DNA of 62,374 nucleotides, filler included. It is 6 parts of 6 records of this genome, joined end to end, with 100 filler letters (N's around TTAATTAATTAA, not from the genome) between each part and the next. Parts side by side here need not be neighbours in the genome. Positions count along the whole stretch, not along the records: positions 17,217 to 46,619 come from SRR20825010_4628; 5 more parts are not named here. One strand, 5' to 3'. Below are positions 34,088 to 40,974 of the stretch, piece after piece; position 1 is the stretch's first letter, and the number at the start of each line of letters is the position of its first letter. Under the pieces are notes generated by a model. It had not been told where the DNA came from and did not search any database. It worked only from the letters and a program-made list of their open reading frames with translations. Position numbers and translations under genes: made by a program.

Positions 34088-34193
34088 CACGCAGCACGCC
34101 ACAGGCAACAAGGCAGTGCTGACAGATGCATGAATCCGTCGCTGCGAATGAGCACAAACCTCTGACGCGTTGTTGTCTGTCGCGTGCGGCATG
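34088..34193. repeat. Intergenic inverted repeat with CACGC heptamer-type arms
   Basis: CACGCAGCACGCCACAGGCAACA (34088-34110) versus TGTTGTCTGTCGCGTGCGGCATG (34171-34193), 19/23 complementary. Confidence 0.7.
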
Positions 34194-34209
34194 AAAGCGA
34201 GAATAAACC

Positions 34210-35424
34210 ATGAGTGATGATCTGGATCCGACAACCTTGAGTGTGGAAACCCTGGCCATTCGAACGGCGCAATTGCGCACAGATGAAATGGCGCATTCGG
34301 ATCCCATCTTCATGACCTCCAGCTTCGTCTACGAAAACGCGGCGCAAGCAGCGGCGCGATTTAGTGGGGAAGAGCCCGGCAACATCTACTCCCGTTTTAC
34401 CAACCCTACCGTACGCGCCTTTGAGCAGCGGCTTGCGGCTCTGGAAGGCGGCGAGGCCTGTGTGGCTTTCGCGTCCGGGATGGCGGCGATCAGCGGCACG
34501 TTTTTCGCTTTGCTGGCGCCAGGCGATCACATCGTCAGTTCTCGCAGCGTGTTCGGAACGACCAACGTGATCTACGATCGTTACCTGAAGAAATTTGGTA
34601 TCGACACCACGCTGGTGGACATGAGCGACCTGTCCCAGTGGCAAGCGGCGATTCGTCCGGAAACCAAGATGCTGTTTCTGGAAACACCGTCGAATCCTCT
34701 CGCGGAAGTAGGCGATATTGCCGCTTTGGCCAAGCTGGCCCATGACAACGGGGCGTTGCTGGTGGTGGATAACTGTTTCTGCACCCCGGCCCTGCAAAAA
34801 CCTATTGAGCTGGGTGCTGACCTGATTATCCATAGCGCCACCAAATACCTGGACGGGCAGGGGCGTTGCCTCGGTGGTGCCGTGGTTGGCCCTAAAGAAC
34901 CCATGAATGACGTCCTCGGGTTTGTGCGTTCTGCCGGTTCTTGTATGAGCCCGTTCAATGCCTGGGTCTTTATCAAGGGGCTGGAAACGCTGAGCCTGCG
35001 AATGAAGGCGCAAAGCGAACGGGCTATGGTGTTGGCTGAGTGGCTGGAATCGCAGCCGGGCATTGCACGTGTACATTATGCTGGCCTGAAAAGTCATCCA
35101 CAGCATGAACTGGCGGGCAAGCAACAGTCGGCCTATGGCGCAGTGATGTCCATTGAAGTGGAAGATGCTGCGGGTAATCGTGATCGTCAGGCAGCCTGGC
35201 GCTTTATTGATGCCACTCGCCTGATTTCCATTACGGCCAACCTTGGCGATGTTAAAACAACCGTGACTCACCCGGCGACGACTACCCATGGGCGAGTCAA
35301 CGAAGAAGAAAAGCAGCGAGCCGGTGTGACAGAGAACTTGATTCGTCTGGCCATTGGCCTGGAGGCGGTTGAGGATCTGCAGGCAGACCTGAGCCGCGGT
35401 CTGAAGGCGCTGGCCAGCGCCTGA
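34210..35424 (+). CDS. metZ: O-succinylhomoserine sulfhydrylase
   Basis: YSRFTNPT, ETPSNP, VVDNCF, HSATKYLDGQGR, NLGDVKT, HPATTTH; purF-metZ synteny. Confidence 0.95.
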   Translation: MSDDLDPTTLSVETLAIRTAQLRTDEMAHSDPIFMTSSFVYENAAQAAARFSGEEPGNIYSRFTNPTVRAFEQRLAALEGGEACVAFASGMAAISGTFFALLAPGDHIVSSRSVFGTTNVIYDRYLKKFGIDTTLVDMSDLSQWQAAIRPETKMLFLETPSNPLAEVGDIAALAKLAHDNGALLVVDNCFCTPALQKPIELGADLIIHSATKYLDGQGRCLGGAVVGPKEPMNDVLGFVRSAGSCMSPFNAWVFIKGLETLSLRMKAQSERAMVLAEWLESQPGIARVHYAGLKSHPQHELAGKQQSAYGAVMSIEVEDAAGNRDRQAAWRFIDATRLISITANLGDVKTTVTHPATTTHGRVNEEEKQRAGVTENLIRLAIGLEAVEDLQADLSRGLKALASA

Positions 35425-35472
35425 TTTCCCGCCTCGCTGTCCGTATTGGCAATGAATGCATAAAGGGGACGC

Positions 35473-36384
35473 ATGCAGGCACTGGATAAAGCTCTGGCCC
35501 AGGTAGGCCGTGTTGTACTGGGCAAAGAAGAACAACTGAAACTGGCGCTCACTTGCATGCTGGCCAATGGCCATCTGCTAATCGAAGACCTGCCGGGCAT
35601 GGGTAAAACCACGTTGGCCCATGCGCTGGCCCGCGTGTTCCAGCTGGATTACCGGCGGGTGCAGTTCACCAGCGATATGCTGCCGGCGGATATCCTTGGT
35701 GTGTCCGTATTCGATCCCAACACCCAGCAATTCTCCCTCCGCGAAGGCCCGGTATTCACCCAGCTGCTGCTGGCTGATGAAATCAATCGTGCCACGCCGA
35801 AAACCCAGAGCGCCTTGCTGGAAGCCATGGAAGAACGGCAAGTCACCCTGGATGGGGTGACCCGGCCATTGCCCGCGCCATTTTTTGTGGTGGCGACGCA
35901 GAATCCCGTGGATCAAGCCGGTACTTTCGTGCTGCCGGAATCCCAGCTGGACCGTTTTCTGATGCGTATCTCCCTGGGCTATCCGGCTCCGGATGTGGAG
36001 CTGGAACTGCTCGCGGGCGGTGATTTGCGCCAGCAGGTGCGCGAGTTGAAAGCGGTAATCAATGGCGAAGGGCTGATGAAGCTGGCCCAGGTAGTGGGCA
36101 AAATCCGGGTGACCCGCGAGCTGCTCGACTATGTACAGCGACTGCTTGACGCTACGCGCTCCGATGACCGCTTTGTGGCGGGGCTGTCACCCCGTGCGGG
36201 TTTGGGGCTGTTACGTGCCGCACGGGCCTGGGCGCTGATTACCGGCCGTGACTATGTGCTGCCAGAAGACGTGCAGGCGGTCTGGGCCTCGGTGGCAGAG
36301 CATCGCTTGAGTGCTCGGCAAGGGGGCAGCGTGGCTGCCATTAGCCAGTCATTGCTCCAGTCCGTGCCTGTGGTACGGCGCTAG
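35473..36384 (+). CDS. MoxR family AAA+ ATPase
   Basis: HLLIEDLPGMGKT, QFTSDMLPAD, LADEINRATPKTQSALLEAM, LPESQLDRF. Confidence 0.95.
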   Translation: MQALDKALAQVGRVVLGKEEQLKLALTCMLANGHLLIEDLPGMGKTTLAHALARVFQLDYRRVQFTSDMLPADILGVSVFDPNTQQFSLREGPVFTQLLLADEINRATPKTQSALLEAMEERQVTLDGVTRPLPAPFFVVATQNPVDQAGTFVLPESQLDRFLMRISLGYPAPDVELELLAGGDLRQQVRELKAVINGEGLMKLAQVVGKIRVTRELLDYVQRLLDATRSDDRFVAGLSPRAGLGLLRAARAWALITGRDYVLPEDVQAVWASVAEHRLSARQGGSVAAISQSLLQSVPVVRR

Positions 36385-36393
36385 GGCGGCATC

Positions 36394-37350
36394 GTGAGGC
36401 TTCCTCAAGGACTGCGACGGCTGTACGAGCGATGGTTGGCACGCCGTTTGCCGGCAGCCAGTCAGATCGTTCTCAACCAGAAACGTATTTTTATTTTCCC
36501 TACCGGCTACGGGTTCTTCTATCTGTTAGTGGCCGCGCTGCTGTTTATCGGTGGAATCAATTATGAAAACAACCTGATTCTGGCGCTGTCGTTTCTGATG
36601 GCAAGTCTGTTTCTGGTCGCCATCCTGCATACCTTCCGCAATTTATCCGCCCTGGGCCTGCGCAATGGCACGGCGGAATCCGGTTTTAGTGGTGAAGAAG
36701 GGGCACTGGAAGTGGTGCTGTTCGCTGAACAGCGTGCCCATCATTGCATCTGGCTTCGTTGGCCAGGGCAGGACGCACAGCAAGTGAGTGTCCTGGCAGG
36801 CGAGGAGGAGAGCCTGTGGCTGAATCTGCCGTTGGCCCGCAGAGGCAAAATCTCGGCACCACGACTGAAAGTGGAAAGCCGCTTCCCGCTTGGCCTGCTG
36901 CGAACCTGGTCCTACGCGACGCTCGATCATTACTGTCTGGCATGGCCGAGTCCGGAGGAAAGTGAAGATTGTCCTGCCGATGGTGGCAAAAATAACCAGC
37001 GGGCATTCAGCAGTGGCCAATCTGGCAACGACGAGTTTCAGGGATTACGCCGTTATGTGCCGGGCGATTCCCTCCGCAAGATCGACTGGAAAGGCTATGC
37101 CCGTGGCCGTGGCCTGAACACCAAGCTGTTTGATGAGCCGGTGGGCGGAAGACTCTGGCTACGTTGGGACAAACTGGACGGGATGGGTGATGAACAACGT
37201 CTTTCCATCCTCTGTCACTGGGTGCTGGAACTGGATCGGCAGCACCAACCCTATGGGTTGGTGCTGCCGGGCCTGACATTGGCACCGGATACCGGTGATG
37301 TGCATCGCTGGCGCTTGCTGGATGCGCTGGCCTGTTACCCGGAGTTCTGA
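36394..37350 (+). CDS. DUF58 domain protein
   Basis: Two N-terminal TMs with INYENN, SRFPLGL, EFQGLRRYVPGDSLRKIDWK. Confidence 0.9.
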   Translation: MRLPQGLRRLYERWLARRLPAASQIVLNQKRIFIFPTGYGFFYLLVAALLFIGGINYENNLILALSFLMASLFLVAILHTFRNLSALGLRNGTAESGFSGEEGALEVVLFAEQRAHHCIWLRWPGQDAQQVSVLAGEEESLWLNLPLARRGKISAPRLKVESRFPLGLLRTWSYATLDHYCLAWPSPEESEDCPADGGKNNQRAFSSGQSGNDEFQGLRRYVPGDSLRKIDWKGYARGRGLNTKLFDEPVGGRLWLRWDKLDGMGDEQRLSILCHWVLELDRQHQPYGLVLPGLTLAPDTGDVHRWRLLDALACYPEF

Positions 37351-39386
37351 TGGCGCGTATTTACCAGGTTCCTTCTCATACCCGGCTTTGGCTGACGCTT
37401 GCGGTAACGTTCTGTGCGCTGCCTCAGTTACTCAAGGGCCCGCTTTGGCAGGGTGGTCTGTTTGCGTTGGTGATCGCGATCCGTGCCCTGGTCAACCGTC
37501 AGCGGATGGCGCTTCCCGGGCGTGTTATCCGCAGCATGTTTCTTATGGGGGCGGTGGCGCTCACCTTTTACAGCTTTGGTCGCCTGTACGGCCCTGAAGC
37601 AGGGGTGGCCTTGTTGGTCTCCCTGTTTGGGCTCAAGTATCTGGAAGTGATCAGTCAGCGTGATGCCTACGTCTTGCTGGTGCTGGGCTTTTTTGTTTGC
37701 GCGACCTCGTTACTGTTCTCGCAAAGTCCGTTGATGTTTTTGTATGTGCTGCTGTGCATGGTGTTGCTAACGACCTGTCTGGCGGGCATCAACCATAGCG
37801 ACACCCGTGCCAGCGGCATGCAGCACCTTAAACGCGCCGGCATCATCATGGCCCAGGCGGTCCCCTTGATGCTGATTTTGTTTGTGCTGGTGCCCAGAGT
37901 GGCGCCGCTATGGAACATGCAGGTGGGCAACGGTAAAGCGCGCACCGGAATGACCGACAGCATGGCCCCCGGACAGATCAGCGAGCTGTCAGAGTCGTCC
38001 GCGCTGGCGTTCCGTGTTGCTTTCGACGGCGATATGCCGCCGCCGGCAGAGCGCTACTGGCGTGGCCTGACATTGAGCCATTTTGATGGCCGAGCCTGGC
38101 AGCAGGCCATTCCCCGCGGCATGGATGAGGCTAACTACCTGTACAGCGGTCGTGGGCCGGCACCGGACTGGGTCGATGCCTTGACGACCGGGCGGAGTGA
38201 CGGCATCAGCTATGCGTATCAGGTCATTGTCGAGCCCACCCAGCGGCGCTGGTTGTTTGCCATGCCGGTACCCTTTGTCAGTGAGGGAGACATCAGCCTG
38301 GCCCGGGACATGCGGCTGGTGGCCAACAACCCGGTGAGCCAACGGCAGAGTTATCAGGTGGTCAGTGTGCCGGCGGCAACCCGGCGGTTGCCATTGGCTG
38401 AGGAAGAGAAGGCGCTGATGCTGTCGATTCCTGAGGAGAGTGGTCGTCGTGCCCGTGGCCTCGCTCAGCAGTGGCGACTGGAGAGCCTTTCGGATGCGGC
38501 AGTGGTGCAGCAGGCGTTGAGGTACTTTCGCCAACAGCCTTTTCACTACACGCTGCGCCCGCCCAAGCTGGTAGCCGACCCCATCGACGATTTCCTGTTC
38601 CGTTCGCGCAAGGGCTTCTGCGAGCATTATGCCTCCAGCTTTACCTTCCTGATGCGCGCTGCCGGGATTCCTGCCCGGGTGGTGGTGGGCTATCAGGGGG
38701 GTGAGCAGAACAGCCTGGGTTCCCACTTGCTGGTGCGTCAATACGACGCCCATGCCTGGAGCGAGGTGTGGATTGAGGGACAGGGCTGGGTGCGGGTGGA
38801 CCCGACCGGAGCGGTGGCGCCTGAGCGCGTGGAGCGAGGGTTGCGGGCTGCCCTTGAGGAGGCCGACTCCGGTGATGCGCTGGGCGGTATCCAACTCGAT
38901 GGCTTTGCCGGCAGCGGCTTGCTGGGGGCCATGCGCGAGTGGGCGGATTATGTGGATTTCCGCTGGCAGACCTGGGTGTTAGGGTATGACAGCCAGCTGC
39001 AATTGTCGGTGCTGAGCAAGCTGCTAGGCCAGGTGACACCGTTGCGTGTAGCGGTAACCCTGATGGTGTCTGTGGCATTGCTGTTGGGGCTGTATGGCCT
39101 GTATCTGTTCTGGCGTAACCCGGTCCATAGCCAGTCGCCCATGGAGAAGGAATTCTGGCGGTTACACCAGCGTGTACAGGGTTGTGGGCTGGCATTGCCC
39201 CCGGGGGTGACCCCTTCACAGTTGGCAGAGGCCATTGCAGGGCGCTGGCCCCGGGCCGCGAGTCCGGCCCGTGACTGGGCCCGTTATTACCAGCGTGCTC
39301 TGTACGATCCACGGCAAAAAGCCAGTAAACCGCAAATGCGTCATTTACGTGGCCTGCGAAATCGCTTATACAAATTATTGGACTAG
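37350..39386 (+). CDS. DUF3488/transglutaminase membrane protein (TgpA-like)
   Basis: N-terminal TM bundle; Cys-His-Asp triad GFCEHYAS, HAWSE, RVDPT. Confidence 0.9.
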   Translation: MARIYQVPSHTRLWLTLAVTFCALPQLLKGPLWQGGLFALVIAIRALVNRQRMALPGRVIRSMFLMGAVALTFYSFGRLYGPEAGVALLVSLFGLKYLEVISQRDAYVLLVLGFFVCATSLLFSQSPLMFLYVLLCMVLLTTCLAGINHSDTRASGMQHLKRAGIIMAQAVPLMLILFVLVPRVAPLWNMQVGNGKARTGMTDSMAPGQISELSESSALAFRVAFDGDMPPPAERYWRGLTLSHFDGRAWQQAIPRGMDEANYLYSGRGPAPDWVDALTTGRSDGISYAYQVIVEPTQRRWLFAMPVPFVSEGDISLARDMRLVANNPVSQRQSYQVVSVPAATRRLPLAEEEKALMLSIPEESGRRARGLAQQWRLESLSDAAVVQQALRYFRQQPFHYTLRPPKLVADPIDDFLFRSRKGFCEHYASSFTFLMRAAGIPARVVVGYQGGEQNSLGSHLLVRQYDAHAWSEVWIEGQGWVRVDPTGAVAPERVERGLRAALEEADSGDALGGIQLDGFAGSGLLGAMREWADYVDFRWQTWVLGYDSQLQLSVLSKLLGQVTPLRVAVTLMVSVALLLGLYGLYLFWRNPVHSQSPMEKEFWRLHQRVQGCGLALPPGVTPSQLAEAIAGRWPRAASPARDWARYYQRALYDPRQKASKPQMRHLRGLRNRLYKLLD

Positions 39387-39459
39387 TGTACTAGCCGGGA
39401 GGCGGGTACGCTGGTGTTCGCTGCATTGATTTGCTTTGGGTTGTTATGGAGAACGACGA

Positions 39460-40194
39460 ATGCGTGCCGCAAATTACAAGAAGGCGTTGGAGTTGACAGA
39501 GCACACCCCCTGGGCCCAGCAGTTCTGGGATGATCTGGTGCCCCTCAAGAACAAGGTCGTCAACCACCCGGTATTCGCGGAGATGGCCAGTGGCCAGCTG
39601 AGCCTGCCGCGTTTCCGTTGTGCGTTATTGAATTTCTATCCGCTGGTGGAAAACTTTCCCAAGTACATGGGCCTGAACCTGGCGAAAACCCTGCCGGGCC
39701 GCTTTCCGGGCCATGAGCAGGCAAAGAACTGGCTGATCGGCAACATCAAGATTGAGCAGCGCCACGCCTATTGGTACCAGGACTGGGCGATGGGGTTTGG
39801 GCTGACACTGGAAGACCTTGAGTTTGTTGAGCCTCCCGCGGCTATGGATGCGGTGAATAATTTTCTCTGGACCATGGGCCGGCAAGGTAGCCTGGAAGAA
39901 GGGATCGCCGCGACCAATCTGGCCATTGAGTGGGCAACTGGTGAGTGGAGCCAGAGTGTGGTCAAGGGTATGAAGGCGTATCAGGAAGACGGCATCGCCA
40001 CGATTAATCGTCACTCCATGGCCTGGCTTCGGGCTCATGCTTCTTACGATGACGATCACCCCCATGAAGCCATGGAGCTGGTGAAACTGATTTGTGTGGA
40101 TCAGGCAAGTCGCGAACGCGCTTTCAAGGCGGCCCAGAGGGGGCTGGAGTATTACATTCAGGCGCTGGATTATTGCTGGGAAAGCGCGGATTAA
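39460..40194 (+). CDS. undA: UndA-like heme-oxygenase-like diiron fatty-acid decarboxylase (often annotated TenA family)
   Basis: NIKIEQRHAYW, AATNLAIEWATGEWS and WLRAHASYDDDHPHEA parallel the UndA motifs; ATG 39460 follows SD GGAG. Confidence 0.78.
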   Translation: MRAANYKKALELTEHTPWAQQFWDDLVPLKNKVVNHPVFAEMASGQLSLPRFRCALLNFYPLVENFPKYMGLNLAKTLPGRFPGHEQAKNWLIGNIKIEQRHAYWYQDWAMGFGLTLEDLEFVEPPAAMDAVNNFLWTMGRQGSLEEGIAATNLAIEWATGEWSQSVVKGMKAYQEDGIATINRHSMAWLRAHASYDDDHPHEAMELVKLICVDQASRERAFKAAQRGLEYYIQALDYCWESAD

Positions 40195-40264
40195 GAGATG
40201 CTTCACGCTTCACGCAACAAGCCGGAAGCCGTGTTGCGTGTAAGCGTGTAGCGTGTCGCATCTC
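40195..40264. repeat. Heptamer-periodic inverted repeat / hairpin between convergent genes
   Basis: GAGATG-CTTCACG-CTTCACG-CAACA...TGTTGCGTGTAA-GCGTGTA-GCGTGTC-GCATCTC. Confidence 0.75.
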
Positions 40265-40266
40265 CT

Positions 40267-40833
40267 TCACATATACACCTTCAGCTTGTCGCGAATCACT
40301 TTCTGAATGGCCTTGATCTCCATGGGGGAGCGGTCCACCAGCTTGGACGGTTGGATGCGGTGCAAGTGCAGGCAGGGAAAATCCTTGCGGAAGGCGCGCA
40401 AGTCGCCTTTGGTGATGACCGGCAGAAAGGGTACTTCCTTCGTTTCTTTTTTCATCAGCGCCCACAGACCCACTTTCAGCGGCACTGGCTTGATGACACG
40501 CTTGCCGTACTTGAGCAGGCGCAAGGTCAAAAACAACCCCTCCTTACCGAACAGATCGCCGGGAACGATGTACATGCCGCTGGCATGCACACTGTGGTCG
40601 CCGATACTGTTGAACGTATCGTGGTACGCGTAGGGATTAGGCAGAATAATCATTGAGCGATCATCGTCATCGGGCAACGAGATGTCGTAGTTGGTATAGA
40701 GCTGCTGTACGGGCGCACTGTAAACGCACAGTGTTTCCTGGAACTGCTTGATAAAATTGACTGCCCGCTTGTGGTTGTCAAACTGGTCCAGTTTCCAGAT
40801 TAGATGCTCAGGAATCCCCAAATCATTCAGCAT
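40267..40833 (-). CDS. Hypothetical protein (188 aa, soluble)
   Basis: Fills the gap between the UndA-like gene and hrpB, protein-like composition, AT-rich upstream region; no family recognised. Confidence 0.75.
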   Translation of the reverse strand: MLNDLGIPEHLIWKLDQFDNHKRAVNFIKQFQETLCVYSAPVQQLYTNYDISLPDDDDRSMIILPNPYAYHDTFNSIGDHSVHASGMYIVPGDLFGKEGLFLTLRLLKYGKRVIKPVPLKVGLWALMKKETKEVPFLPVITKGDLRAFRKDFPCLHLHRIQPSKLVDRSPMEIKAIQKVIRDKLKVYM

Positions 40834-40974
40834 AAATCACTATCTGACGTAGTTATTAATTATTAGCCTGCATGGGCAGAATATAGCATAGGTTTTGCTC
40901 GTCACGAGCATTACAGCGTGATGAAAAGTGGCAGCGTGACGGTGGTCACGGCGAAACGGCGACGGACGTAACGA

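Noticed and set aside
34082..34209. Possible SAM/SAH riboswitch upstream of metZ
   Set aside because: No match to the SAM-I, SAM-II, SAH or SAM-SAH consensus that I can recognise. The repeat element explains it better; an Rfam search would settle it.
34078..35574. 498-aa antisense ORF over metZ, and similar long antisense ORFs over fimV, trpB, purF, rluB and acetoacetyl-CoA synthetase
   Set aside because: Shadow frames from GC-rich codon bias. They have no motifs and lie fully opposite clear housekeeping genes.
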